Source: an uncultured delta proteobacterium
Lineage (GTDB): Bacteria > Myxococcota_A > UBA9160 > SZUA-336
Length of the DNA stretch: 64,000 nucleotides
NCBI GenBank assembly: GCA_963704165.1
Contig: CAVPHD010000011.1
Span: 96,001-160,000 of the forward strand
Reading direction: 5' to 3'
This document shows, in pieces, positions 52,515-63,962 of the stretch; positions within the stretch are counted from its first letter, which is position 1; each line of letters opens with the position of its first letter. The position numbers were made by a program, and so were the translations under genes. The notes below the pieces were generated by a model, which saw only the letters and a program-made list of their open reading frames with translations, had not been told where the DNA came from and ran no database searches.

Positions 52515-52982
52515 ATGGACCGATCGGTCGAGTCGAAGCTGGCCGACGAGCTCGCGATCCGCGCGCTCGTCGCGCGCTACTGCCACGCGATCGCGGAGCG
52601 CGACGACGCTGCGCTCGCGTCGACCTGGGCGACGGACGGCGAGTGGCAGGTGCTCGGCAAGAACGTCCGGGGACGCGACGCGATCCTCGCGCACTACCGG
52701 GCGCTGGTCGGCGCCTGCCGCTGGGTCGTGCAGGTGGCCACGGACGGGTGGATCGAGATCGACGGCGACGTGGCGACCGGCCGTTGGCAGATCGCCGAGA
52801 CGCTCCAGATGAAGGACGGGAAGTCCGCGATCAACGTCGGCCGATACGCCGACCGCTACCGCCGCGAGGCCGACGGTGTCTGGCGCTTCGCGCGCCGCGA
52901 GTTCATGGGCAGCTACTTCGGCGCGCCGGATCTCTCGGCCGAGGCACGTCCACCCGCGGGCTGGAAGACGGCGGCCGGCTGA
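52515..52982 (+). CDS. NTF2/SnoaL-like protein
   Basis: DELAIRALVARYCHAI, GRDAI, GRYADRYRR...WRF. Confidence 0.85.
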   Translation: MDRSVESKLADELAIRALVARYCHAIAERDDAALASTWATDGEWQVLGKNVRGRDAILAHYRALVGACRWVVQVATDGWIEIDGDVATGRWQIAETLQMKDGKSAINVGRYADRYRREADGVWRFARREFMGSYFGAPDLSAEARPPAGWKTAAG

Positions 52983-53010
52983 GCCGCGATTTCGCCACGC
53001 GCGTCGGGGG

Positions 53011-53487
53011 TCAGGTCCGCGAGTACGTCCCGACCAGTCGATTCATGCCGAGCGTGTGGGGCTCGATCCGCTCGAGCAGCTGCTGAAGCGTGAGCCCCGG
53101 CTCGAGGCGGAGCTCCTGCTTCAGGGCGAAGATCCAGAAGTAGTAGTGGTGCGTACCGTGACCGGGCGGTGGCATCGGGCCGCCGTAGGCGTTCTTGCCA
53201 AATCCCGTCTTCCCGTTCGTGAAGTCCTTCACCCCTTCGGCCAGCTTCGTGACCGAGCCCGGGATGTTGTAGAGGACCCAGTGGACGAAGCCGTAGCTGC
53301 CGCCGGCGACGAGCGGCGCGTCGGGGTCGTGACAGATCAGCGCGAAGGCGCGCGTTCCGTCGGGCACGTCGCTCCACTCGAGCGCGGGTGAGACGTCCTG
53401 TCCCTCGCCGGTGAATTTCGCCGCGATCCGTCCGCCTGGCTCGAAGGCCGGACTCTCGAGCTGCATCTTCGAAAGCGCAAATCCCAT
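53011..53487 (-). CDS. YbhB/YbcL (PEBP) family protein
   Basis: SPALEW, HDPDAP, FVHWV, YGGPMPPPGHGTHHY. Confidence 0.9.
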   Translation of the reverse strand: MGFALSKMQLESPAFEPGGRIAAKFTGEGQDVSPALEWSDVPDGTRAFALICHDPDAPLVAGGSYGFVHWVLYNIPGSVTKLAEGVKDFTNGKTGFGKNAYGGPMPPPGHGTHHYYFWIFALKQELRLEPGLTLQQLLERIEPHTLGMNRLVGTYSRT

Positions 53488-53614
53488 GCTCGACCTCCTC
53501 GGCGTTCGTCCGCCGCCGTCGCGCCGAACGTACTCGCTCGGTCGCGCGAGCGCGAGCGTCGTATGATGTCGGTGATCCGCTTGAGAAGCGCGTGAACCCG
53601 AGGAGCGAGCGAGC

Positions 53615-53821
53615 ATGGCGCGGATGATCTGCCCGGACTGCAAGACCGAAGTTCCCGCGGTGGCCTGGGCGTGTCCCAAGTGCGGAAAGCCCGGCGAACA
53701 CGAGCCCGGTGCGCAGACGGGAAACGAGATCTCGCCGAAGGGCATGATCCTGCTGCTTCTGCTCTTCCTCATCTTCCCGATCGCCCTCTTCCTCATTCAC
53801 ATCTTCGTACCCGGAATGTGA
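53615..53821 (+). CDS. Small zinc-ribbon membrane protein
   Basis: CPDC...CPKCG plus C-terminal TM helix. Confidence 0.6.
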   Translation: MARMICPDCKTEVPAVAWACPKCGKPGEHEPGAQTGNEISPKGMILLLLLFLIFPIALFLIHIFVPGM

Positions 53822-53861
53822 TCGCGACGATCCTCATCCCTCTTCACCGCAGGAGCACAAC

Positions 53862-55073
53862 GTGAGATTCGGAGTCTTCTACGAGCTGCAACTTCCGAAA
53901 CCCTGGACGCAGGACTCCGAGCACCGACTGATCCAGGAGGCGATCGAGCAGGTCCAGCTCGCCGACCGGATCGGCATCGACTACGCGTGGGCGGTCGAGC
54001 ACCACTTTCTCGACGAGTATTCGCACTGCTCCGCCTCGGAGGTCTTCCTGACCGCGCTCGCGGCGAAGACCGAGCGGATCCGCGTCGGCTTCGGAATCCG
54101 CCAGGTGATCCCGAACTACAACCATCCCTCGCGCACCGCCGAGGCCGTGGCGATGCTCGACCTGATCTCCGGCGGCCGCGTCGAGTTCGGCATCGGAGAG
54201 GGCGCCACGCGCCTCGAGCTGCACGGCTACGGAATCGAGGCGAAGCGGAAGCAGGCGCTCTCGTTCGAAGCCGCGGAGCAGATCGCGAACATGATGGTGA
54301 TGGAGCCCTACCCCGGGCATCAGGGCGAGGGATTCTCGATGCCCTGCCGCAACGTGCTGCCCAAGCCGCTCCAGAAGCCGCACCCGCCGATGTGGCTCGC
54401 CTGCACGAACCGCAGGACGATCGAGACGGCCGCCCGGAACGGCCTCGGCGCGCTCGCCTTCACGTTCCTCGATCCCGACGAGGCGCGGACCTGGGCCGAT
54501 CTCTACTACTCGATCATCAAGAGCGAAGAGTGCGTTCCGCTCGGCCACAGCGTCAACGCGAACATCGCGATGGTGGCCGGGTTCTCGCTGCACCCCGACG
54601 CGAAGGAAGCGTACCGGCGCGGCATGGATGGCTTCGCGTTCTTCCGGTACGCGATCAACGCGCTGGTCGCGAACGACGCGAAGCCCGGGCGGAGCCGGCT
54701 CTGGGAGGAGTACGAAGAGCTCAAGGGCCGCGAGCTGCCGTCGATCGGCGCGCCCGGCATCGGCACGCCCGCGGACTACACCAAGCTGGTTCGCGGATTC
54801 CAGGACGTCGGCGTCGACCAGATCATCTTCCTGCAGCAGGGCGGCAAGAACCGGCACGCGCACATCTGCGAGAGCCTCGAGCTCTTCGGCCGCGAGGTGC
54901 TGCCGGAGTTCGTCGCGGGCCGCGAGGAGCGCGAGGCGCGCAAGGCGAAGGAGCTGGCGCCGCACATCGAGAAGGCGTTGAAGCGCAAGCGCCGTCTACC
55001 GGAGCTGGCGGACGACGAGATCCCGGTGGTCCGCGCCTCGCGCGAGCGCGAAGCCTTCTACCACAAGGACTGA
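53862..55073 (+). CDS. LLM-class flavin-dependent oxidoreductase
   Basis: WAVEHHFLDEYSH, LDLISGGRVEFGIG, PKPLQKPHPP. Confidence 0.92.
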   Translation: MRFGVFYELQLPKPWTQDSEHRLIQEAIEQVQLADRIGIDYAWAVEHHFLDEYSHCSASEVFLTALAAKTERIRVGFGIRQVIPNYNHPSRTAEAVAMLDLISGGRVEFGIGEGATRLELHGYGIEAKRKQALSFEAAEQIANMMVMEPYPGHQGEGFSMPCRNVLPKPLQKPHPPMWLACTNRRTIETAARNGLGALAFTFLDPDEARTWADLYYSIIKSEECVPLGHSVNANIAMVAGFSLHPDAKEAYRRGMDGFAFFRYAINALVANDAKPGRSRLWEEYEELKGRELPSIGAPGIGTPADYTKLVRGFQDVGVDQIIFLQQGGKNRHAHICESLELFGREVLPEFVAGREEREARKAKELAPHIEKALKRKRRLPELADDEIPVVRASREREAFYHKD

Positions 55074-55074
55074 C

Positions 55075-55619
55075 CTACACCGACCAGCGACGGACGACGT
55101 CGGGCGTGAGGTCCTTGTACTCGGCCTCGTCCGGAAGCGGCCGCTTCAGCCACTTGCGATAGAAGGTGTCGAGGTCGGGCAGGAACTCGAAGTCCGGCGG
55201 ACAGCCCCGCGGCACGGCTTCGACCTCGAGCTGACTTCCGCAGCCCGGACAGATGTACTCGCGGAGCTGCATCCAGCTCGCGTCGGGAAGCTCGCGGCCG
55301 CGATAGACCTCGCCGAGCGACGCCTCGTCGTCGCGCACGTGGATCAGCGCCGAGAGCTTCCAGTTCACCCGGTAGTCGCCGAACTCGTGACCGCAGCGGC
55401 ACTTCACGATGCGCGCGCCCTTCTTGGCGACGATGATCAGCATGCGGCGTGAGCGGCAGCAGGATGCGCTCGCTCCACGGCGACGCGGCCCTGCAGGATC
55501 TCGACGTACTTGTCGAAGCGGTCGAGGTCCTTCGGGCTCTTCATCATGTCCTGGACGGCGGGCCAGGGAAGCACGCCGTCGATCAGCTTCTCGATGTCCG
55601 CCTTGTGAAACTCGGCCAC
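55075..55619 (-). CDS. acxC: Acetone carboxylase gamma-subunit-like (frameshift ~55460)
   Basis: PKDLDRFDKYVEILQ, CRCGH...NWKL, REYICPGCG, FLPDLDTFYRKWL. Confidence 0.85.
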
Positions 55620-55631
55620 GGTCGGATCTCC

Positions 55632-57842
55632 TCAGAACTCGAAGTCCGCGGGCAGCTTCCAGAACGCCCGCAGCTCGTCGCCGTACTCCGGCGAGAGCTC
55701 CATCGACGTTCGCCACATCGTGAGCACCGCCGGATCCATGTTCTCGCGCGCGGCCACGGCCTTGCGCTCCTTCCGCCCACCACTCCTGGAACGGAACGGC
55801 CTCGCGCTTGCGCTCCTCGCGGATCTCGCTTCGCCGCGCCTCGCTCGCCTCGAGGTCCACGCGCCACTCGTTGCCGCTCGGGCTTCGCGACGACGCCGTG
55901 AATGTCCTCGGCCACCCAGGGTCGCGTCCAGCCCTTGTTGAGATCGTCCTCGACGGCCTTCGGATCGCGATCGATCGGATCGCCCATCGACTGCGCGCCC
56001 GAGATCGGGTGCACGATCAGGTCGTAGTCGGTGAGCGACTGCGGCGTCACGAAGGGCGCGATCAGATCGCTCTCGAGCACGCGCGCCTCGATGTTCTTCT
56101 CCAGGTCCGACTCCGTCGCGTCTCCGCGCTCGTGCACCAGCGGCTTGCTGCCGCGTCGATCAGGTCCTTCACGTTGGTGTCGTGGGCGTAGCTCGGCCGG
56201 TCCGGGAAGCTCGGATAGGCTCCGTACATGCCGTGGTTCGCCAACACCTTGCTGCGTATGCCCGGCGCAGCCGCACTGGTACTCGATTCCCTGGGTGTTG
56301 TGGACCATCCACACGGCCGTGTGGCCGAGACCGCCCCGGAAACGGCCGTAGCCGCTCGAGTCGGGCTCGATGTTCCGGCCCAGGAAGAGGATCGGGTAGT
56401 AGAGCTCGATCATCTCGGCGTTGCCGAAGTCGGCGTTCGGCGTGTAGATGCACCAGGCGCTGTTCTCGCCGTCGGTGAAGCCGCGCGCGGGCGATCCGTT
56501 GCTGGCCTGCTCGAGCGTGAGGCCCGCGACGTAGACGCCGTGCTGGTTCACGCCCGCGAACTCCGCCGTCATGGTCGTCGCCGCTCCGGCCGCCATCTCC
56601 TCGACGAAGCCGCGCATCTGGAAGAGACGACCGAAGACCTCGTACAGGCTGCTGAGCCACATCACGGCCGGAGCCCAGGCGACGCCCGACGATGCCGAGA
56701 AGTCCTTCTCGAACGGGTTCGCCCACGAACCCGACGGCGGCAGCTCGACTTCCCAGGCCGCCTTCGGACCCGAGTTGAACATGTCGAAGCCGATGATGTG
56801 CGAGTAGCCCATCAGGAGACCCGACTCGAGCGCCGTCGGGCTGATGTTCTGGCCGAAGGGCACGGTGCCGCTCGCGCCGCGCAGAGAGATACGCACTCTT
56901 GCGTCGGCCTCGATCTCGAGCTCCATCGGCAGGTTGAAGAGGCAGTCGATGTCCTGCTTGGCGAGCAGCACGCGCTTGCCCTTCATCGCCAGGTCCTTGA
57001 ACTGCGACTTGCGGATGCGGCCCGGCACGGTCTGGCTCCGGACGCGGCCCACGGCGTAGCGGCGGCTGTCCTCGACGTACTCCTTCGCGGCCTCGCGGAA
57101 GAAGTCGAGGCCGTACTTGTCGATCACCTCGATCAGCTTCTCGCGCATCGTGATGCAGCCCGCCAGACGACCACGCGCGTCGCCCATCACGAAGTCCGGC
57201 GTGCGCGTGCGCGAGCGGATGCGCATCTCGTACCAGGGGTAGAAGCGGTCGTTCTCGCCGACCTTCTCCATCGAGATCGGCGACACCGTCGGAGTAGCAG
57301 TCGGGGTTGAGGAAGCCGATCGAGCCGGGCGTGACGGAGCCCGCGTCGACTCACGTGGCGACACGCAGGACGCCCAGGCGATCAGCTCGCCGCTCGTAGA
57401 AGAGCGGCATGCACATGTCGAAGTCGGGCGAGTGGATGCCGCCGTAGTGGGGATCGTTGTTCTCGAAGATGTCGCCCTGCTTGAAGCCCGGATTGTCCTC
57501 GTAGCCCAGGTCGATGAAGTTCTTGATCATGTCGGCGAGCAGACCGGCGTGCGCGGAGATGCCGCGCGAGATGCAGATCGCCTCGCCGGTCGGCAGGTGC
57601 AGGGACCAGAGCGCGTCGCCACCCTCGGCCGCGATCGGCGAACGAGGAGACCTTGCAGCCGATCGGCCCAGGCCGCGTTGCAGAGGTTCGAGAGGATGTG
57701 CCAGACGGCCTCGTAGGTGCCCGGGTCGCTCTCCTTGCGCTCCAGACGCTTCGAGGCCGAACAGGTGGCCCGTCTTCTCGAAAGCCTCGTCGTTCGCGCG
57801 CGTCTGCTCCTTCAGGCTCGGAGTCCTGGACTTCTTGCTCAT
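55632..57842 (-). CDS. acxB: Acetone carboxylase alpha-subunit-like / hydantoinase B (many frameshifts)
   Basis: NNDPHYGGIHSPD, DSSGYGRFRGGLG, GDPIDRDP; terminal FWKLPADFEF. Confidence 0.75.
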
Positions 57843-60030
57843 CGCTTGGCCTTCCTTCGCGCGCGGGCTTCGTCTCGCGGCGCGTGATCCAGTAGATGTC
57901 GTGCTCGTCGATGCGCACGTGCCACTCGGCGGCACGAAGAGCGTCGTGTTCGAGGCCTCGATCACCGCCAGGCCGTCGATCTCGTTGCCCGGCACGCAGC
58001 GCCTCCATCTCGCCAGATGTCGGCGTCGTGCCACTTGCCGCGCGTGGAAGACCGGCCGCTTGCCCTTGAAGGCCGCTTCCGGTCGGGCTTCTCGCTCTGC
58101 AGCTTCTGCTTGCGGAGCTTCGGCTTCACCGTGTCGACCTTCGCGATCACGCAGACCTCGGTGACGTGGTAGGTCGGCGCGGTCCGGCTTGCGCGGCCAG
58201 CGTGAACATCTTCGTGTAGAGGTCCTCGAAGGCGTCGAGGAGCTTCTGCAGGTCGGCGGCCGTCTCGAGCTTCGCGACCGGTGACTCGACCTCGACGTCG
58301 TCGAGCTGCCCGTAGTAGCGCATGTAGGCGACGCGCTTGATCGTGGATCTGCTTGCGGCTGAAGCCCTCGCCGACGAGCTCCTGAACGAGCTCCTCCTCG
58401 AGGCGTCTTCCAGGTCGAGCGCGACGGGCTGCATCGACTGCAGCCTGGTCTGTCGCGTCGGCCTCGGGCGTCAACAGGGCCGCCACGCTCTTGTGGCGGC
58501 GGTGCGAGTAGTCCATGCAGGCGCCGCCCCAGGCCGAGAAGGCGCCCGCGTGCGGCACCGTGATCACGGCCTTCCACGGGTAGTCGCCGGCGTAGCCCAG
58601 CAGGTGCAGCGGTCCGCCGCCGCCGTAGCCGAGCAGCACGTACTCGCGCAGGTCGTGGCCGACCATCAGGCTGCGCACGAGGTGCTCGCGCATCATCACG
58701 TTGAGCAGCTCGAGGCAGGTCTCGGCGGCGTCGTAGACGTCCATGCCGAGCGGGTCGGCGATCTTCTCCTTGAAGAGCTGGTAGGAGACGTCCTTGTTGA
58801 CTCTGGACCTTGCCGCCGAGGTAGTTGTGCTCGTTCAGGATGCCGAGCAGCAGGTTCGCGTCGTTGATGGTCGGCGTGGTGTTGCCCGCCTCCATGAAGG
58901 TCGGGCCCGGGGTGCCGCCCGCCGAGTCGGGGCCGAGCTTGATGCGGTTGGTCTGCGGATCGAGGCGGATGTAGGTGCCCGGTGCCCGCGCCGATCGACG
59001 TGATGTCGAGCATCGGCACGTTCACGTACATGTCCTGGAAGCCGGGCTCGCGATCGATCGGCACCACGCCCGCGGTGATCGCGCCGGCGTCGAAGCTGGT
59101 GCCGCCGACGTCGGAGCAGACGATGTTCTGCTCGCCGATCACGGTCGACAGGTAGCGCGCGCCCATCAGGCCGCCGACGGGGCCCGACATCGCCGCCTCG
59201 AAGAGCCGCGGGTAGCGGATGTTCGTGATGCCGCCGTAGCCGAGCACGGTCTTCAGGCTGTGCGCGTAGCCGATCTTCTTGAGCTCCTCCTCGATGCGGA
59301 AGAGCTGCTTGCGCGCGGGCGCCGAGGCGTAGGCCTGGACCACCGTCGCGTTCGCGCGCGAGATCTCGCGCATGGTCGGCGCGACCTGGCTCGAGAGCTC
59401 GAGCGGAACCTCGCGACCGACCTCCTTCATCACCCCGCGCACGATCTCGGCGGCGCGCTCCTCGTGCAGCCGGGTTGACGTAGGACTGCAGGAAGATGAT
59501 CGCGATCGCCTCGCACTCCTCGTCGACGAGCAGCTCGCGCGCGCCCTGCTCGACCTCGTGCTCGTAGATCGGGATCACGACCTTGCCGAACATGTCGATG
59601 CGCTCGGTCACGCCGCGGGCGAGCTTTCGCGGCACCAGCGGGACGCGGTGCTTGCGGTACTGCATGTGCGTGATCTCGGTCCACTGCGCGCCGATGAAGG
59701 TCTGCGAGCCGCGGCCCTGCGCGATGATGTCCTCGAAGCCCCGGGTGACGAGGATGCCGGTCTTGTAGCCGCTCATGTTGATGACGGTGTTGAGCATCGA
59801 GGTGCCGGTGTAGATCGCGGTCTCGATCTGCTCTGCCGAAGCGCCGGCCCTCGAGCTTGGGATCGATGCCCATGTACTCGAGGGCTTCCTCGAGCGACTC
59901 CATGTAGCCGATGCTCTCGTCGTGCGGGCGAGGTCGGGGCCTTGCCGATGACGCTGCGGCCCTCCTCGTCGACGATGATCACGTCGGTCATGGTGCCGCC
60001 GGCATCGCAAGCTACGAGATAACGCGACAT
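57839..60030 (-). CDS. acxA: Acetone carboxylase beta-subunit-like / hydantoinase A (many frameshifts; 3' end approximate)
   Basis: DAGGTMTD, SGPVGG, DVGGTSFD, GYGGGGPLH, FSAWG. Confidence 0.8.
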
Positions 60031-60171
60031 CGAAATCCTGTGCCTCCCGCTCCGCCCCGGCTCCTGCGAGCCCGACCGGGACCGAGGTCGGACTCTATCG
60101 GAACCGAGCGTCCGGAGGAATCCGGGCGAGGACGGTCGAAGACGCGGGCGCGGACCGGGCGCGAAGTCCGT

Positions 60172-61077
60172 CTAGGAGCCGTTCCCGTCGCTGGCTCTGC
60201 ACTTCGCGTGGTAGGCGGAATTGAAGACCACGTAGGCGCCGCAGCGGGAGCAATCCACGTCGTTGCCGTAGCAGCAGAACGGCCGCTCGAACTCGCCCCC
60301 CTGGCCGAGGTAGAGCGGCAGGATCCGGCGCGCCAGGCAGCGCTCGCCGTTCTCGCCGGTGTATTCGAGCGATACGTCCGAGAGCATCAGCTCGAGCGCG
60401 CCGATGTTGGACTTGACCAACTCCGGCTCGCGCCGCTTGAGCGCGATCACGCGCCGGATCACCTCGTCTCGCTCGCGCAGATCGGTCCAGGCCAGCGTGC
60501 TCTTCTCGCTCCGCGTCGGGACGTAGAACGTGAACGCCACGCCGTCGATCGGCCAGTGCTTCACCTCGTCCACGAAGGCCTCGAGACCCGACTCGTTCTC
60601 GCGCGTCAGCGTCATCTGGAGGATCAGCGTCGTACCATCCCCGGGCGCGCGCTCGTGGACCGCCTGCTTGACCTTCTCGAAGACGCCCTCGCCGCGGATC
60701 CGGTCGTTCAGCTCCCGTGGGCCGTCGAGAGAGACCGACACCGTGTGTCCCGGAACGCTGGGGATACCGTACGTGCCGTTGGTCGCGATCGAGGCCTCCT
60801 TGAAGAGCTCGATCGCGCGCAGCACCAGCCCCCGGCGGATCATCGGCTCGCCGCCCATGAACATCATGGACTCGATCCCGTGCCGATCCCGCAGCACGCG
60901 GAGCTGGTGCAGCATGGTCTCGTCGTCCATGCGATCGCGCACCCGATTCGGATTGTCGGCCCGGAACACGAAGCAGTGACGACACTCCAGGTTGCAGACG
61001 TTCGTCACGTTGACGATCGCGGCCCGGTGGCGTTCGCCACCGAGGTCGGGCGGATCGCGGAGCTTCGCGTTCGTCAT
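60172..61077 (-). CDS. Radical SAM protein with Cys-rich C-terminus
   Basis: CNLECRHC, GGEP, SLDG; C-terminal C...CC...CxxC. Confidence 0.9.
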   Translation of the reverse strand: MTNAKLRDPPDLGGERHRAAIVNVTNVCNLECRHCFVFRADNPNRVRDRMDDETMLHQLRVLRDRHGIESMMFMGGEPMIRRGLVLRAIELFKEASIATNGTYGIPSVPGHTVSVSLDGPRELNDRIRGEGVFEKVKQAVHERAPGDGTTLILQMTLTRENESGLEAFVDEVKHWPIDGVAFTFYVPTRSEKSTLAWTDLRERDEVIRRVIALKRREPELVKSNIGALELMLSDVSLEYTGENGERCLARRILPLYLGQGGEFERPFCCYGNDVDCSRCGAYVVFNSAYHAKCRASDGNGS

Positions 61078-61097
61078 CGCTTCAGATCATGCGTGGC

Positions 61098-61986
61098 TCA
61101 CGGCCGGTCGGGCGTCTGATACTCCAGCCCGATCCGCCCGAGCCGCACCTTGAACTCCTTCAGCACGGTGTCGCCGAGCACCGCTTCCATTTCCTTCGGC
61201 GAAGCGGTCGTCAGGTTGGCGCCGTGCCAGACCACCGGCCCTTCCCTGAGCCCGGCCTTCGCGCCGAGCTCGCGGCCGACCTCCATCGCTTCGCCCGTGC
61301 GCTTGAACGCGCTCGAGAACGTCGCGAGCATGTGGTACGACATGTCCTTCTGCATCTTCTCGATCTCGGGCTTCTTCTCCGGGTGCTCCGCGATCAGGGA
61401 ACCGATGCGGTTCTCGCCGAAGCCGACGTGGCGGCGCTCGTCGGCGATCGTGCCCGAGAGCGTCTGGGCGAACGTCGGGTTCGCGGTCTGCATTCCCGCG
61501 TACATCATCTCGAAGACGCTGAAGGCCATGCCCTCGAGGACGATGTTCTGGCCCACGACGCCGGCGATGAAGTCCTTCTTCTCGACCTTCTCGAGCAGCA
61601 CGCCGGCGAAATCGACGAGGTGCGGGTTCGCGCGCTGCTTCGAGACGTCCTCGAGCTCCGTCTTCTTGACGCCGAGGTCGAAGAGGCGCTGCGTGAAGAT
61701 CTCGACGTGGCGCGCCTCGTCGAGTGTCTGCGTCGCCAGGAAGCGCTTGCTCGCCTCGTCCGGAGCCGAGTTGATCAGTCCCGAGGACGCGGCCAACGCG
61801 CAGCGCTCGCCGATCACCAGCAGCACCGTCGTGTCGATGGCCTGTTCGCGAAGGACCGGGTTCTCGAGCACCAGCTCGGGCTCCTTGGCGCCCGTGCGCG
61901 TGGCCGAAGCTCGTGTGCTCGAGGTAGCCCTGCGGACAGGATTCGAGCCAGCGCTGGATCGAGTAGCCGGAGAGGAAGTCGGACAT
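61098..61986 (-). CDS. Ferritin-like diiron-carboxylate protein (frameshift ~61900)
   Basis: E...DEARH and E...DERRH repeated motifs; AAGGAG RBS. Confidence 0.8.
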
Positions 61987-62060
61987 CGCGGTTCTCCTTG
62001 TGCCCCGGGGAGAGAGGGGCAACTCGCACCCCTTGAGTACGCGAGATCCCGAACCCCGCC

Positions 62061-62076
62061 TATGACTTCGGTCATA
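62061..62076. promoter_or_regulatory. Operator-like palindrome upstream of the ferritin-like gene
   Basis: TATGAC-TTCG-GTCATA, AT-rich in a GC-rich intergenic region. Confidence 0.45.
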
Positions 62077-62177
62077 TCGAAGGCGTCCCGCCCGGAACGG
62101 GCGATTCGCCGCGCTTCCGAGTCGCATCTGCACGCGTGCTGCGCGCTCGAGGGGACCGCTGCGGATGCGAAGAGCGA

Positions 62178-62753
62178 TCAGGGCTTGGGAGCGGCGGGAC
62201 GCGCCTTCAGGTAGCGCTCGCGATCCTTCGGGGTCGCGCCCGCGTGCTTGACCTCGCCCGGGCCGACGGCGCGGGTGATCGACGCGAACTCGAGCAGGAT
62301 GCCGTCGGGGTCGCGGAAGTAGATCGACCGGACCCACACGCCGGGGTGCATCTTCTTCGCGACCTGACTCTCCGACTCGTCGTGGTTGATCAGCTCGGTC
62401 ACGGCGACGCCCTTGGCGATCAGCTTCTCCCGATACTCCTCGATCTTCTCGGCGGGCACGTCGAACGCCACGTGGTTCATCGACGCGTGCGCCGTCGTCA
62501 GGCTCGGAGCGCCGGGTGAGGCCACGCCGGGAGCCGCCGGGGGCGAGTCCGGGAACCAGAAGAACGCGAGCAGGTTGCCGTTTCCGATGTCGAAGAAGAA
62601 GTGCTGACCGATCCCGTCCGGCAGGTCCAGCGTCTTGACCAGCGGGATGCCGAGCACGTTCGTGTAGAAATCCACCGTGCGCGCCATGTCGCTCGTCACC
62701 AACGCCAGGTGGTTGATCCCTCGCAGCTCGAATTCCTTGTTCTCGACCGTCAT
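62178..62753 (-). CDS. VOC/glyoxalase family protein
   Basis: GINHLAL, MNHVAF, SIYFRDPDGILLEF. Confidence 0.9.
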   Translation of the reverse strand: MTVENKEFELRGINHLALVTSDMARTVDFYTNVLGIPLVKTLDLPDGIGQHFFFDIGNGNLLAFFWFPDSPPAAPGVASPGAPSLTTAHASMNHVAFDVPAEKIEEYREKLIAKGVAVTELINHDESESQVAKKMHPGVWVRSIYFRDPDGILLEFASITRAVGPGEVKHAGATPKDRERYLKARPAAPKP

Positions 62754-62774
62754 CACGTCCTCCTGGACCACAGC

Positions 62775-63962
62775 TTACCACGGAGCTCGGGGCGATCCGG
62801 CGCGCCCGCGATTCGGAGCGAGCCCGAAGCGCTCGCGGTAGCCCCCGAGCCGTGTCTCGACGTCCCGCGCGTCGAGGCCGTACCGCTCGAGGTCGTAGTC
62901 GTGCTCGCCGTGCCGACCCTGCGGATGGGCGTCGACGTGGGCGCGCATCGCGAGCGCGACGTCGGCCCCGAGATCGAGTCCGAACCGGTCGTAGATCTCG
63001 CGCGCCACGCGCATCGGATCCGCGACGAAATCGTCGTACGCGACGTCCACGAAGCGGGACGCGTCGGCGCGATCTCGATGCGCGAGCCCGCGTTCGAGGC
63101 TGGCGGCGAGATACGAAAGCACGCGCGGGCCCAGATCGGGAAGGGGTGCGAAGCTCCGTGATGCCAGCAGCGCCTCGATCATGCTGCAGTACGACGCCAC
63201 GCTCTCGCACGGGTCGCGATGCGTGAACACGATGCAGGCGTCCGGCAGGAGCTCGAGCAGAACGTCGAGCGCCCAGAGGTGCGCGGGGGACTTCAGCAAC
63301 CAGCGCTCACCCGCGCGCTGCGACTGCAGCATCCGCAGCAGATCGACGTAGTAACGGTACGCGGGACGCAGATCCTGGCGTTGGAACCACGAGGCGTACG
63401 GCTCGACCAGAACCTCGATGCCCATCTGCACATCGCAGAACGCGTGCGCGAGAAGCAGCACGCATTCCTCGGGCGTGTCGGCGCTCGCGAAGTGGATCTT
63501 CGAGAAATCCGGGTCGCGCTCGCGCATGCGCTCGTATCCCGCCTTGACCGCGACGTAGCGCGGATCCGGCTGACCCGGCGCCTGTCCCTCGAGGGGATCG
63601 GGGAAGAGACCCTCCCAGAGCAGGAGCGGCCGGGCCCGCGCGTCACTCGCCAGAAGGTTGAAGAGCGCCGAGGTTCCGGTGCGCGGAAGACCGGTCAGGT
63701 AGAGCGGCCTTCGGATCTTCTGGGCGTGGATCTCCGGAGAGCTTCGAAATGCCGCGTGGACGCGAAGCCGCGTGCCGAGAAGCTGCACCACGCGACGGAA
63801 TGCGAGCTTGCGCCCTTTCTCGTCGAGGCCAGCGCCGCGATCGTAGGTTTCGAGCAGTACGCGCAGGCCGGGGAGGAATGCTGCGTCACCGAAATCGCCG
63901 AGGCCGGTCGCGACGCGCGCGGCCTCCAGAACGGCGGACTCGGAGAACGTGAACTCACTCAC
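62775..63962 (-). CDS. Sulfotransferase family protein
   Basis: GLPRTGTS, WLLKSPAHL, THRDP. Confidence 0.9.
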   Translation of the reverse strand: MSEFTFSESAVLEAARVATGLGDFGDAAFLPGLRVLLETYDRGAGLDEKGRKLAFRRVVQLLGTRLRVHAAFRSSPEIHAQKIRRPLYLTGLPRTGTSALFNLLASDARARPLLLWEGLFPDPLEGQAPGQPDPRYVAVKAGYERMRERDPDFSKIHFASADTPEECVLLLAHAFCDVQMGIEVLVEPYASWFQRQDLRPAYRYYVDLLRMLQSQRAGERWLLKSPAHLWALDVLLELLPDACIVFTHRDPCESVASYCSMIEALLASRSFAPLPDLGPRVLSYLAASLERGLAHRDRADASRFVDVAYDDFVADPMRVAREIYDRFGLDLGADVALAMRAHVDAHPQGRHGEHDYDLERYGLDARDVETRLGGYRERFGLAPNRGRAGSPRAPW

